Source: Candidatus Saganbacteria bacterium (GTDB lineage Bacteria > Margulisbacteria > WOR-1 > O2-12-FULL-45-9 > XYB2-FULL-48-7). From it: a DNA stretch of 53,716 bases. The stretch is from contig JAFGHC010000033.1 in NCBI GenBank assembly GCA_016939335.1, positions 1 through 53,716 on the forward strand, in the 5' to 3' direction. The position numbers and the translations under genes were made by a program. The notes beneath the pieces were generated by a model. The model ran no database searches and was not told the origin of the DNA. It saw nothing but the letters and a program-made list of their open reading frames with translations. Numbering within the stretch: the first letter of the stretch is position 1; each line of letters opens with the position of its first letter. This document shows positions 17,301-27,076 of this stretch, one piece after another.

Positions 17301-18124
17301 ACATGAACAAGGAAGACCCGCGCACTTTCGGCGGCGAGCTCTGGCGCTACATCGACGAAGATCAGCCGCTCGAGATCGTCAGGGACGCGAAAGGCAAAGC
17401 GCGCGCCCTGAAGATCCACTACAGAGGCAGCGCCATGTTCGACCCCGCCTTCGCCGAGGCGGTCAAAAACACCACCCTGATGGCGGGGGGCAAGTACAAC
17501 CGCCGCGAGTCGGTCGAAGAGGTCCCGCTGCCGCTCGAGATGGGCGACCTGGCCGACGGGATCGAAGAGATCAGGATCAACCCGGAACGCTTCGGCGAAG
17601 TCGGCGGCCCCCGCCCCTTTGCCGATTACTTCTTTACCCGGCGGGCACAGGCAGGCGATGAACTGCTGGTGACCGACAAGAAACGCGAGCGCTTCCTGAC
17701 CGAACGGGTCGCCGATATGCTGACGTTCGGCAAGATCGCGCTGATGAGCCGCACCGAGATCGAACACTGGCAGATGGTCATGCCGAAGGGGGCGCCCACC
17801 GCCAAGGACGAATACCCCTGGACCGACGATAACGGCTATGTCCACATGAAGATGTCAAGTGAGGAAGCCGAACAGCTCATGGGCAGTAAATTCATGGGCA
17901 AAGAAAAGGGGGGAATCATAGGCTGGAGCCCCTTATGGCAAGGCAAAGAACAACCCACTTATCGGGAGCTGGATAAAGAGTTAATTATATATGTCAAGCA
18001 CTTCGAGCTGTTGTGCCAGGAGGCTTACGATCAGTACGCTTACCGCCGGTTCATGCCCGACAAGTTCCGCAACTATTTCGACCCGAACGAAGTGGCTTTT
18101 GCCGCGCCGAGGAAAAAACAATGA
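14384..18124 (+). CDS. Large membrane protein (multi-TM N-terminal third, ~850-aa soluble region); candidate N-terminal half of a split GT2 polysaccharide synthase
   Basis: Many hydrophobic helices at aa ~85-380, then TVLRPAMGD and IAYIDNS, weakly resembling the first GT-A strands. ATGA-coupled to the next gene. Confidence 0.5.
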   Translation: MVYRLNNDHRLFDLPRLAGPLCPPPNRARLTAGQNIFSRPITAGPMRPPIVLVAPESLLPAERQLSPAIMPARISYRPKPRPIMKLAAAAAGGAALLLLPATALAGTGLFAATASLFASMGPAGWIGAAAGAYLTGKLLIGKYREVQPANYRSKNMKLNVGNPTLRKLFKTLVLPAWGATMIFGGLLSYAQVIEGGIGIFSLGLCGLVAAKPLITMLFRAGRDIKQAIEFWRRGVQRHLPKHSLIAELATDLMGAPAWLATVAVEVLLGKTYATQTIAMLLDLPGQLVATVTSLAGWLHMAEYVLAAGVIVGAARYLYGWTKAVLAKFPDELPARATSSLRWGACGALAGAAIFLLNPGQVVANLITFAVTLAFSHITIHSLLSQEGGIRQAAKKQPVFDLESLIADVRGARGATRTVLRPAMGDSMIDSWISGYLMMIMSEGANWVLKGVDGTTNTTTILQKSQEMIERLLKRDGAIIRKIIKDGYTSVKAAASARESEDRLAEVFDNLARLLEDPTYPEAGGHPLAWGDLKTRSGLSYLKDGVFCAGMPDGSAPNGRGDQDVRVHGEHIRFTARIFREKARRLRAHQVKNASLKSQQGKDIDKLEAAYRRAHPLIDSHPRCFWTTFWTTSMPDPNNVKQSGVDEFLQMQADFVGVFDVVVMTADGRIHDWPVPLTVVKDFKPDHKSLRALDSREELDEYLCVGWYQRAVHDIGNSLCPIAYIDNSAHYNKYKRLHDSGVITDGEFLHLYPTAEVTRVPTLKSEPQLDEYGGQGLFEEQEFYDVVYKNGARLRVFADGSHKTIGATSCPLPPDAPALLMLPGTERHNFVARTLRANRDGDIFRGIALNGEIRNCLADGTVPHPFGGNFTDNKYLMPRWHFMYPTEYFSISDADQTDIIVSNLRLFHTRKAPHLRVMFTRPRREELPFSADMLEKPEDSLLEVGIATGWMTLKIKLTEKNAAGKNKMLYVPLNMNKEDPRTFGGELWRYIDEDQPLEIVRDAKGKARALKIHYRGSAMFDPAFAEAVKNTTLMAGGKYNRRESVEEVPLPLEMGDLADGIEEIRINPERFGEVGGPRPFADYFFTRRAQAGDELLVTDKKRERFLTERVADMLTFGKIALMSRTEIEHWQMVMPKGAPTAKDEYPWTDDNGYVHMKMSSEEAEQLMGSKFMGKEKGGIIGWSPLWQGKEQPTYRELDKELIIYVKHFELLCQEAYDQYAYRRFMPDKFRNYFDPNEVAFAAPRKKQ

Positions 18125-21100
18125 GCGCGTTACCAGTTGAACGCATCGGTCGGATGAGCGTTTACAACCCGGCTCGGGTCGGCCGGCGGGCGGGCATCCC
18201 CGCGCACGCGATCGATCACGCGATCGGTGGCGACCGCCTCCTGCTCGACGTCGTTCACTGGGGGGCGGAAACCTTCAAGGCCGATCCCCACCACGTCGGC
18301 CTGCTTCTCTCGCACGGCAACGACGCCCACGTCCATGTCAGCGAGACCGACACCACACCGAAGATGTTCTATGAAAGCTTAGCGGTTGGACGGACATCAA
18401 TAGCCAGAGAAAAAGTCTTAAAGATCTTTGGCAATTCGACGGTCTGGGAATCGTACTTTACGGACCCGAAAGCCAAGGACCTGTTCTTCAAACCGGGCGT
18501 CGCTTCCCTGATCGAAAATGATCAGGCGATCCCTGACGATAAAAAGCAAGCGTTCCAGGCCGTGTTATCGGAAACACATCGCGGCGATCCCGGCTGGGTG
18601 ATGGGAAGGTTTAAGGGCAAACCGGGCAAGCCGGAGGGGCCGATCACCTGGACCCCGCTGGATGACAACCAGGTCCCCAGCAAGCTCGATGGCCGTCTGG
18701 CCAGATGGAGTTCGAGGCTAGGTTCGGAACGGGGTATGGAGAATATCGTCGGCGTCCGGGACGAGGGCCTGGACCTCGTCGTGACCCACATCTCGGAAGG
18801 GGCCGACCGCCGCTTCGTCGTGGTCAACGCCGATAACTTAAGAGGGAAAAAGAAGAAAGGGACGGACGAGCTGACCGAGCGCGCCAGACTGATCGAGCGG
18901 CTGGACAGACTGATGATCGAAGAGAGCGAACAGCAGAAACTGACCGTCACGGATGACGGCCGGGTCATCCTGACACTCTACTCCGTCGTCCACGATGACC
19001 AGAACCGGCCGGTTGAACACGAAGTTGACGTGACCTGCCTGCACCTTGACGTAGACAAGATGTACCGCAACCCGGCGGACGGCAAATTCACCGTCAAGCT
19101 GATCGTGCCGGACGAGCGGATCGATTTCGAATGCCTCAAGCGTGAGCACGTCATCACCATCACCAACGAAGTGGAGGAGCCCACCGACACCGCCCTGCTC
19201 AAGGCCTCCCGCGACCGGAACGGGTTTACCCTGGTGATCGAGCCCAAGGGCAACAATGGCCAACGCGCTGTGATCCCGGCCCGGTCGATCCACCGCCTCA
19301 AGAAAGATCCCGCCTTTAAGGCCCTGAGCCGCAGTGATAAACGGGCGGCGATCACTGCCTTGATCAAGACATTTGACGTCGACAACATGGAAATGGAACG
19401 GGTCAAAGATATGCGCCAGCGCTACGTCCTGCAATATCATCACTACCGTGAGGAGCGGTTGGAGAATGTCCTCGACAAGCCGCTGGAGAAGGACGCAGAG
19501 GGCAATGCCCTGGAATCGGTCGTCGTGACCAAGGCAGTCTCGTCGCTCGAGGTCGTCCATCTCGATGATTGGAACGGCCGCGCCCCGGGCGACCGCGAGG
19601 TCGTGCCGCTCCCCTTCCAGATCCCGCCCCACTGCCGGCTCGATCCCCGGCCCCACGCCATGCACACCAGCCGCTTCATCGATCCGACCGGCACCGCGCT
19701 CGCCCCCCAGCACCTGATCGATCCTTACGTGATGGGGACCGAGGTCATGGCAGCGGTCTGGCCCAAGGTCGACCAGCTCGGTTTCTTCGGCGTCTTTATG
19801 CTGGCGGCTATGTCGTTCCCGCACGGCAACGTCTTCACCGACCCGGCCAGGAACCCGTGGTTCGTCCGGTCGTTCGGCACTGTCTCCCACTCGATCTTCG
19901 ACGCCAAAGGCGACGCCGGCAAGCGCTATTACTGGCTGACCGGCAACCCGACCCTCGACAGCATGCTGATCTCGCGCGGCGCCGCGATGGTGACCGGGCC
20001 GAACACCGATGCCGCCAATCCCGTCCGCGAAGGCCATCTCTTCCTGCAGCGCATCCCGGGCCGGGCGCCGCACCAGTACAAGACCGCCATGCCGGGCTTC
20101 TATATCTCGGTCGTCGAGGACGCGCAGGTCTCGTACATGGACATGACGATGTTCGGCCTCAAGACCGAGACCACCATCCTACCCTTGAGCGCCGGCGGCG
20201 GCCTCGACCATTACCAGACCGCCTGGACGGTCCAGCGGTCGCAGCGCTGGAACGGCGGCAAATGCATCTTTACCTGGGACGGCGCGCAAGAGATGTGGAT
20301 CGACCTGACGCGCGGCTCTTTTAATATTAATCGCACCGAGAGCGGTCGCCTCTACAATGCCAGCCGGACCAGCCTGCTCACCAGCCCGCGCCTCGACGGC
20401 CTGAGCCGGACCCAGCCGGCGGACGCCGCCCAGGAGGCCCGGGTCAGCGAGACTTTCGACCACACTCGGCCGGTCACGCCCAAATACACGATGAACGAGG
20501 CCCGGGAGTGGATCAACGTCGGCACCTGGTACTGGGTCTCGTTCCAGAAACTAGCCCTCAATCTCTCCGTGCCGGCCATGATCATCCTGACGGTCCTGCC
20601 GATCCCGGTCGCCGGTTCGATGTTCCTGGTCGCCTGCCTGGCGGCGACCTGTTTCGCCTGGCCGTTCTGGGCGATCCAGATGATGAAGGTCGGCGTCAAT
20701 CCCAAGAAGATACTTTCCCTCAACCCGATCCATCTCTTCTGGGGCGACATGCCGATGCGGACGATGTTCAAGTCGGGGCTCGATATCGAACGGATGGGGG
20801 TCGGCAAGTTCCGCGTCAGCGACCGGACGAAAGGGAACCGCCTGCCGACCAAGGACAAGCGGGTAGCTTTCTGGGTCGGCGCCGTCCTGCCGACGGTGGC
20901 CGGCGCCCTGCTGACCGGCAGCGCCGCCGCCGTCACGCTGGGGGTCGGCGCCCTGCCGATCGTCACCACCGCCCTGCCGTTCCTGGCCGGCTATCTCGTT
21001 TCTTCCGTGCTGTCGCGCCTGGTCAGACGCTTCGTGCCGAATGCGAATAGCCACAGTTTCCTGCTCAGTCTCGTCCGCTGGGGCGCCAGCGCCCTGCCGC

Positions 21101-21858
21101 TGACCGTGGGGATCGTGGCTTCAGCCATGACTTTTGGCACCATGTCGGTTTTCGCCATCCCGCTGGTCACCGCGATCATGGCCGGCGGCTGGTCGCTCTT
21201 CAACGGAATTAATATAACTCGCGCCTTCCGGCGTTATTTCAAGGAACAGAGAGAAGCTTATTCGAAGTCCGCGCCGAACCCGGTCTGCGGCACGATCCCG
21301 AAACACCTGGCCGACACCGGACGGAACGCGGTGCGCGAAGCGTTCGGCAAAGTCTCCCCGCTCTATGAGGCGGATGAATTTGTCATCCCGGAGATCAATC
21401 CGGCCCACTTAACGAATGAGATCGCCAGCAATTTCCCGCAGTGGACCAGCTTGTTGAATAGCAATGACGGTCCGATCGCCAACCTCAACAAGCTGGTCGG
21501 CGCCTACGAACCGGTCAAAGATTCAAAAGAATTTTTCATGACCGACCTGGCCAGGGAAATGAGCGGCGCGCGCCCGACCCTCCGGCAGGCCTGCCAGGCC
21601 GAAACCAATCTGCTCGACCCGCTCTCCCGCCGAGCCAAGATCTGGTGGCTGTCGCGCAAGACGCAAGCGGTCCGCGACAGCCTGCGTGAGAATATCGCCG
21701 GCACGGGCGCGCCAGATAACTTCAAGATCAGGATCACCAGACGCGGCAATGAACAATACGACCGGCTCGAGCCGGAAATGTACGACCGGATCTGCGAGCT
21801 GAACCGGCTGGTGATCGAGGAATGCGCTGGTTCACTCTCGCCCAGGAAGGACATCTAA
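18121..21858 (+). CDS. Highly divergent processive glycosyltransferase family 2 (cellulose-synthase/BcsA-like C-terminal half)
   Basis: In BcsA order: FKGKPG (KAG-like), AAMVTGPN (CGxN-like), SVVED (TED), PLSAG, QRSQRW (QxxRW-like), TM helices, FRVSDRTK (FxVTxK-like), more TMs. ATG 18121 overlaps the previous stop. Confidence 0.68.
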   Translation: MSALPVERIGRMSVYNPARVGRRAGIPAHAIDHAIGGDRLLLDVVHWGAETFKADPHHVGLLLSHGNDAHVHVSETDTTPKMFYESLAVGRTSIAREKVLKIFGNSTVWESYFTDPKAKDLFFKPGVASLIENDQAIPDDKKQAFQAVLSETHRGDPGWVMGRFKGKPGKPEGPITWTPLDDNQVPSKLDGRLARWSSRLGSERGMENIVGVRDEGLDLVVTHISEGADRRFVVVNADNLRGKKKKGTDELTERARLIERLDRLMIEESEQQKLTVTDDGRVILTLYSVVHDDQNRPVEHEVDVTCLHLDVDKMYRNPADGKFTVKLIVPDERIDFECLKREHVITITNEVEEPTDTALLKASRDRNGFTLVIEPKGNNGQRAVIPARSIHRLKKDPAFKALSRSDKRAAITALIKTFDVDNMEMERVKDMRQRYVLQYHHYREERLENVLDKPLEKDAEGNALESVVVTKAVSSLEVVHLDDWNGRAPGDREVVPLPFQIPPHCRLDPRPHAMHTSRFIDPTGTALAPQHLIDPYVMGTEVMAAVWPKVDQLGFFGVFMLAAMSFPHGNVFTDPARNPWFVRSFGTVSHSIFDAKGDAGKRYYWLTGNPTLDSMLISRGAAMVTGPNTDAANPVREGHLFLQRIPGRAPHQYKTAMPGFYISVVEDAQVSYMDMTMFGLKTETTILPLSAGGGLDHYQTAWTVQRSQRWNGGKCIFTWDGAQEMWIDLTRGSFNINRTESGRLYNASRTSLLTSPRLDGLSRTQPADAAQEARVSETFDHTRPVTPKYTMNEAREWINVGTWYWVSFQKLALNLSVPAMIILTVLPIPVAGSMFLVACLAATCFAWPFWAIQMMKVGVNPKKILSLNPIHLFWGDMPMRTMFKSGLDIERMGVGKFRVSDRTKGNRLPTKDKRVAFWVGAVLPTVAGALLTGSAAAVTLGVGALPIVTTALPFLAGYLVSSVLSRLVRRFVPNANSHSFLLSLVRWGASALPLTVGIVASAMTFGTMSVFAIPLVTAIMAGGWSLFNGINITRAFRRYFKEQREAYSKSAPNPVCGTIPKHLADTGRNAVREAFGKVSPLYEADEFVIPEINPAHLTNEIASNFPQWTSLLNSNDGPIANLNKLVGAYEPVKDSKEFFMTDLAREMSGARPTLRQACQAETNLLDPLSRRAKIWWLSRKTQAVRDSLRENIAGTGAPDNFKIRITRRGNEQYDRLEPEMYDRICELNRLVIEECAGSLSPRKDI

Positions 21859-21863
21859 CATGA

Positions 21864-21893
21864 TGAAATTGACGTCGGTTTTTGCCGATATAT
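21864..21893 (+). promoter_or_regulatory. Sigma28-like promoter, copy 8
   Basis: TGAAATTG-ACGTCGGTTTTTGC-CGATATAT; contains GCCGATAT. Confidence 0.85.
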
Positions 21894-21911
21894 ATAGGGA
21901 GAGTCAGTGAC

Positions 21912-23297
21912 ATGACTATTAGCATTAATCCGCTTTATCCCGGACTGTTCGCGGCCGCGCCGGCCGGCGGGAAAACCGCCCCGAACTACTGCGGCCCGGA
22001 CGAGCGGGAGCATTTCCGCCGGCTCGAAGAGAACTGGCAAAAACGGGAAGAGGTCAGGCAGTCGGCCTTCACCGATTCGCTCGGCCTGATCGATCAGGGG
22101 CTGCATCTGGTCGACAAAGAACCAAAGGGAGCGGGCGAATACATCCAGGGAACGGTCTTCAACGCGGGGCGCCGGGCCAACTTCCAGACCAAAAATTCGC
22201 TGCTGCTGGAAGCCTCCCGGATGAGCCTCGATATGTACTTCCGCAGCCAGGGCGAGACCTCTTACCTGACCAAAGCGCTGAAGTACCTCGACACCGCCCT
22301 GGCCAACGCCGACACCAGCCAGTCCCACGACATTTGGCGTCTCCCCCTTACGAAAGCTATCCATCCGGTCGATGAATATTTCGAGCTGCAGCTCGCCCGC
22401 TTCCAGGTCTTGAGCCTGATCGATCCGGGAGCGGCAGTCAGCAAAGATCCGGTCAAAAAGCCTGGCTACGACGAAAAGATCAAAGCGGACTTGGCCAGCC
22501 GGCGCGTCCTGACGGCCCAGCGCTCCGACTTCGATCACGCCGGCGGTTATCTTAACCGGCTGCGCATCCTCTACGGGTTCGCCGGCCTCTACAACCCGGC
22601 CATGGACCTGAACAAAGCGATCGCGTCGGTCAGGGAAGGACGCGACTGGGCGCTAATGACCCATAAAAGAAATCTGATCGCCGTGGAAGGCCTGGGGATG
22701 AACAAAAAGGACCTGCGCTACGACTCCCTGCTCGCCCGCGTCATCGAGGGGCGCCTGCTGATCAAGGCCGGCCGGTATGGAGAAGCCGTGACCATTTTCC
22801 AGTCGCTGCTGAAGGAGCCGGCAGCGGTCAAGAAATACGGCGGTTTTCTCGACGTCGGCCAGCAGGCGTTCTTCGGCCTTATGCAGATCTCGCTGGCGAC
22901 CGCCGGCACGCTCAATCAGGCGGCGGCCAATTTTGCCAAGAACATCGACTGGCAGGCGCTGGCGGGAGAAAACATGGCCGACCTGCGCGAATCGCTCGGC
23001 CTGGTGATCCGCGGCCTGAACTGGAGAGACAAAACGAAAATGCTGCTGGAGCAGGGCGTCAAAAGGGAAGTCACTGGCATTCTCGAGAACGAGGGGAAGA
23101 TCGCCCTCCGGCTTGACTGGCCCGGACTGGCCGGGCCCGAGAATTCCCCCGTCAAATACGAGCTGCAGTTGACTAACTGCAAGACGCCGCTCGACAAGCT
23201 TAGCCTGTTCATCAAACTGCTCGATTACATTGATTTCCCCTTTGACCAGAAAGCTGCGCTCGTCAACCTTTACAACATGCGGGGAGGGAGAAAATGA
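21912..23297 (+). CDS. Alpha-helical, TPR-like hypothetical protein
   Basis: ATG 21912 after GGGAGAG. Helical pattern such as GRLLIKAGRYGEAVTIFQSLL. ATGA-coupled to the next gene. Confidence 0.6.
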   Translation: MTISINPLYPGLFAAAPAGGKTAPNYCGPDEREHFRRLEENWQKREEVRQSAFTDSLGLIDQGLHLVDKEPKGAGEYIQGTVFNAGRRANFQTKNSLLLEASRMSLDMYFRSQGETSYLTKALKYLDTALANADTSQSHDIWRLPLTKAIHPVDEYFELQLARFQVLSLIDPGAAVSKDPVKKPGYDEKIKADLASRRVLTAQRSDFDHAGGYLNRLRILYGFAGLYNPAMDLNKAIASVREGRDWALMTHKRNLIAVEGLGMNKKDLRYDSLLARVIEGRLLIKAGRYGEAVTIFQSLLKEPAAVKKYGGFLDVGQQAFFGLMQISLATAGTLNQAAANFAKNIDWQALAGENMADLRESLGLVIRGLNWRDKTKMLLEQGVKREVTGILENEGKIALRLDWPGLAGPENSPVKYELQLTNCKTPLDKLSLFIKLLDYIDFPFDQKAALVNLYNMRGGRK

Positions 23298-26200
23298 GCG
23301 GCGTTAACCTTATTAATCCGCTCTCTTTTGCCGGTGCGCCGCCGGCCCCGGCCCAGCCGGTCAATACGGAAGAGGTCAACTGCTTCGGGCTCAAAGCGCC
23401 GCTCAAGGGAAGCTACAGCGGCGTTTTTGTCGAGGATAACGCGGGCGGCGAGAAAAGCCGGGCCTTTGAAAGAGAGGTCGGCAAGACCGACATCGTGCTC
23501 AAGTTCCTCAACCTGGAAGGCGGCTGGGTCTTTCCCGGGATCGAGACTGGGCGCCTGAATCAGGACGACCGGGCGATCTTCATTAAGCTGGAACCGCACA
23601 TCCCGGGCTGTAAGAACGACCCTGTTCCTTATCTCGACAAAGTCATCAATGGTGACTACGACGCGCTTCTGATCAAGTTTGCGGAGGAAGCTAAGCGTTC
23701 GGGTAGACCGATCTTCCTCTCCTTCGGCCACGAAATGAATGGACACTCCCCTGATAAAGGATTTTTCTATTCCTGGGCCGGCGACCCGGCCAAATACATC
23801 AAGGCCTGGCGGCGCGTCCACGACGTCATCAAACGGGCGGGCGCCGCCAATGTCAAATTCGTCTGGAACCCGCACGTCATGCGCCCGGGCAAGGATATGG
23901 ACAAGGACTTCACTCCATACTATCCCGGCAACGACCAGGTCGACATCATTGCCTTTGATGTTTATGGCGGTCAAATGGACGAGTTGCTGACGAATGCGAT
24001 GGCCCATATGGACAAATTCCTCGGCCGCCCGTACCAGAACTACGCCATCGGCGAATGGGGAGCCAAGAATGGCCAGGAAAATGAATTTAAAAAGGTCCTC
24101 CGGCTGGCCAGGACCGATCCTCGGCTCAAATTCGAGATCTATTTCAACGCCGAGGGCAATAGCGGCAATTTTGTCATGAGCCCGGAAATGAAGCATCTGT
24201 ATCGTCAATACCTGATCGAGCGGGCGGGCGATAAATACGATCTCTCGCCTCGGGGCCAAGACGTCAAAAAAAACAAATGTCTCCTGCCGATCGTCCCCGA
24301 TCCCTGGCAGGTCCTCCGGCCGATCGACCCGAGCGAGGTCCTGGCCGCCGACAAATTGCTCCAGCAGTACTGCCCGGCCGACGAGATAAAGTTCCAGCCG
24401 GTCTGCCTGCCGCAGATCACTCCTGGCTGGGATCCCGTCTTTGGAAACCAACCCAGCCGTTCGCTGACGCGCGGCGAGCTTTATCCGGCCGAACGCAGTA
24501 ATCTCGACGACTTCTGGGGACATGTTTACGATTATGGCTCGCACGTCTACCTGCTGAGCGCAGCCAAGATCATGACCGGATTGGACATCCAGAGGATCGG
24601 GCCGGCCCTCCTGAAAAAGTCAATCCTCTCGGAGCTCGAGAAGCACTCCGCGCCGTTTGACCCGCATACCATCTCGCCCGAAAGTTTCCGCGTCCTGCAT
24701 CCGGAATTCGCCGAGATCAGGAAGCAGGCGCCCGGTTTCGCAACTTACCTTGAACAGCCGGCTTATTTCTGGGAGAACATCGTCATCATGCTCTCGGCCT
24801 ACACGCAGAAAGCGATCGAGCGGAACGACGAAAAGGAGATCGCCGAAGCCATCCGGTTGGGCAAGCGGTTCCACGCCCGGCTCGACAACTGGCTGGACTA
24901 TGAAAAAGCCAATGCGACGACCCAGACTTTCATCCCCTTCAACTACCGCAAAGCGGTGCTGGCGCTGACGCTGGCCGAAGCCTATTCGCAGACGCGCGAT
25001 CCGCAGTACGCGTCCTACTCCGAGAAAGCCGCCTTTTACCGCCAGGGGCTGGCTTACGTTAAAGAAGCGCTCGAGAAGTTCCGGGCGCTTTCCGACCTTT
25101 CGCCTCCCGACTATTTCTCGCTCACCAAAGCGGCGCTAATCGCCGCCGATCTGCACACCAAGCTGGGACAGTTGCATCTCAGGTATAACTCGGAAAAAAT
25201 GCCGACCGAAAAAGAAGCGCGGGCCGAATACGACAGCGCGAAGGCCTTGTACGACGGCGTGGCCGCGCTCGACTACAAGAACGGGACCGGGCTCAACGTC
25301 AAGGTCGAGGGGATCGAGATCAAAGCCCCCGCCGCGGAGATCGCCCGGGCCCTGACCCGGAACGAGGAGCTTTATTATCTCAATCACGACGAAGCGGTCG
25401 CCAGCGCCCAGGGCATTTTCCGTTTCCTGCGCGGCTCGGCGCTCATCAAGCAAGCAAGTTTCTATCTTGAATACCCCTTCAAACCCTTCGACCAGCAGGG
25501 GTATAAAGACATCGTTCAGCAAATGGTCCTGGTCAAGGCCGGGCTGGCCGAGATCGAGGCCGGCTCCCCGTTCGCCGATCTCCGCTATTTCCGCGCGCTG
25601 GGGAACCTGCTGATGGCCAAGCTGGCCGTCACGTTCGCCGACAGCCTGGCTTACAGCACCTCGGAAATAAAAGACGACAAAAAAGCAAGGTTGCTCGCCG
25701 GGCGGGGCGTCGCATACCTGAAAAAGCACCTCCCCGGCCTGCTGCCGCCGGCCGAGTGGGCCGAACTGCTCGCCATCGTCAAAAAAGATAACAGCGCCGA
25801 TCCGGACGCGGTCAGAAAAGATTATGCGCATATAACCGGCCTCATGAAAGACGCCACTCCCGACTTTTTGGCCGATGCGAAACGGCTGCTCGCGCAAACC
25901 CACACCACCTTCAATTACCGGCTGGAATTTGCCGGCAAGATGGTCGCTCTCTCCCAGAGCTTCCTGGACCAGGCCAAAAAGACCATGAACGACCGGAACA
26001 GCAAATGGCGGGACCTGTGCGAAGAGAAGCCGGCCGTTACCGCCGAATTGCGCCGGCAGGACGCGGTGCTCGAGCAGCGCCCCGATTGCAAGAATAAGCC
26101 CGATCCGCTCAAGAAAAACACCCCCGCCCTTTACGCCGAACTCCTCCTGCAGGAGGTCGCGCTCGATCTGCGGCGGTCGGCGGTCGTTGCTTTCAAGAAC

Positions 26201-26992
26201 GGGAACAGTTATCTCGAAAACAACAAAATAGAATACAACCCGAAGGTGCGTAAAACCATCCTGGACAAGATCGCGGCAGCCGAGGCCCTGCTGCCGGAAA
26301 CCTCATATCTTAAGATCGAGGCGGCCTCTGCCCGCGCCACGCTGGAGCTTAGCGAAAAGCTGCCGGCGGGCAACCGGGCCCTGCTTTTCCGCCTGATCGG
26401 CCACCTGACCAAAAACACGCCGCTCCAGCCCGGCGACGAAAAAGACCAGACTTTCGGAACGATCGCCTTGCTGGATAAGCAACTCCTCAAACGGATCGAA
26501 GCGCAGCCCGAACCCAACCGGACAATGCTGTTAATCCAGTTCAACACCAAGCTGGCCCTGGCTTACATCATCCTGGGGGCCCGTCTGGAAAAAACGGTCC
26601 AGGGCGGAATGACCCATCTTATCGCCTCCAAAGACAAGGAGACCATCGGCCGTATCAACGCCGCCATGGGCCGGGCCAAGGAGCTCCTGCTCTCACTCGA
26701 TAAACGGATCGGCAGAAAGATCGAGACCAAGGCCGAGCCCCTGCTCTTTGACCTGCACGATATCCGCGCCGAGGTCTATCACCTGCTGGCGATCACCTAC
26801 GCTGTCGGGGGCGACCAGCCGCTGATGCAGCACTACCTGACGCTGGCCCGGCGGGAAAATATCAGCTCCAATTCCCGCTTCAACGTCCTCTTCCGCAGCT
26901 GGGGCCTGAACAAGTTTGTCCTGCGCCGCTCGCGCAACAGCGGTAAGCGGTCCGGCGGTACTAGCTCTATCGGGGACGGTTTAGGCTTATAG
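23294..26992 (+). CDS. GH26 glycoside hydrolase fused to a ~900-aa alpha-helical/TPR-like region
   Basis: IKLEP, FLSFGHEMNG, FVWNP, YYPGNDQVDIIAFDVY, AIGEWG; both catalytic Glu present. Remainder is Ala/Leu-rich helical repeats. Confidence 0.8.
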   Translation: MSGVNLINPLSFAGAPPAPAQPVNTEEVNCFGLKAPLKGSYSGVFVEDNAGGEKSRAFEREVGKTDIVLKFLNLEGGWVFPGIETGRLNQDDRAIFIKLEPHIPGCKNDPVPYLDKVINGDYDALLIKFAEEAKRSGRPIFLSFGHEMNGHSPDKGFFYSWAGDPAKYIKAWRRVHDVIKRAGAANVKFVWNPHVMRPGKDMDKDFTPYYPGNDQVDIIAFDVYGGQMDELLTNAMAHMDKFLGRPYQNYAIGEWGAKNGQENEFKKVLRLARTDPRLKFEIYFNAEGNSGNFVMSPEMKHLYRQYLIERAGDKYDLSPRGQDVKKNKCLLPIVPDPWQVLRPIDPSEVLAADKLLQQYCPADEIKFQPVCLPQITPGWDPVFGNQPSRSLTRGELYPAERSNLDDFWGHVYDYGSHVYLLSAAKIMTGLDIQRIGPALLKKSILSELEKHSAPFDPHTISPESFRVLHPEFAEIRKQAPGFATYLEQPAYFWENIVIMLSAYTQKAIERNDEKEIAEAIRLGKRFHARLDNWLDYEKANATTQTFIPFNYRKAVLALTLAEAYSQTRDPQYASYSEKAAFYRQGLAYVKEALEKFRALSDLSPPDYFSLTKAALIAADLHTKLGQLHLRYNSEKMPTEKEARAEYDSAKALYDGVAALDYKNGTGLNVKVEGIEIKAPAAEIARALTRNEELYYLNHDEAVASAQGIFRFLRGSALIKQASFYLEYPFKPFDQQGYKDIVQQMVLVKAGLAEIEAGSPFADLRYFRALGNLLMAKLAVTFADSLAYSTSEIKDDKKARLLAGRGVAYLKKHLPGLLPPAEWAELLAIVKKDNSADPDAVRKDYAHITGLMKDATPDFLADAKRLLAQTHTTFNYRLEFAGKMVALSQSFLDQAKKTMNDRNSKWRDLCEEKPAVTAELRRQDAVLEQRPDCKNKPDPLKKNTPALYAELLLQEVALDLRRSAVVAFKNGNSYLENNKIEYNPKVRKTILDKIAAAEALLPETSYLKIEAASARATLELSEKLPAGNRALLFRLIGHLTKNTPLQPGDEKDQTFGTIALLDKQLLKRIEAQPEPNRTMLLIQFNTKLALAYIILGARLEKTVQGGMTHLIASKDKETIGRINAAMGRAKELLLSLDKRIGRKIETKAEPLLFDLHDIRAEVYHLLAITYAVGGDQPLMQHYLTLARRENISSNSRFNVLFRSWGLNKFVLRRSRNSGKRSGGTSSIGDGLGL

Positions 26993-27022
26993 TATAACAA
27001 GAGAGAACCTGGCAGAATTCAC

Positions 27023-27052
27023 TGAAATTTATCCTCATTTTTAACGATATAT
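27023..27052 (+). promoter_or_regulatory. Sigma28-like promoter, copy 9
   Basis: TGAAATTT-ATCCTCATTTTTAA-CGATATAT. Confidence 0.85.
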
Positions 27053-27076
27053 ATATAGAGAATAAGGGAAAATCAT

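Noticed and set aside
16172..17845. 557-aa antisense ORF, and similar ones at 18838-20073, 23270-24544, 28784-29836, 46145-47680, 49362-50558 and 51245-52288
   Set aside because: Shadow ORFs opposite well-supported genes, expected from high-GC codon bias; no motifs recognised.
15900..19600. Inteins as the explanation for the large insertions in the GT2-like pair
   Set aside because: No recognisable intein splice-junction or LAGLIDADG motifs.
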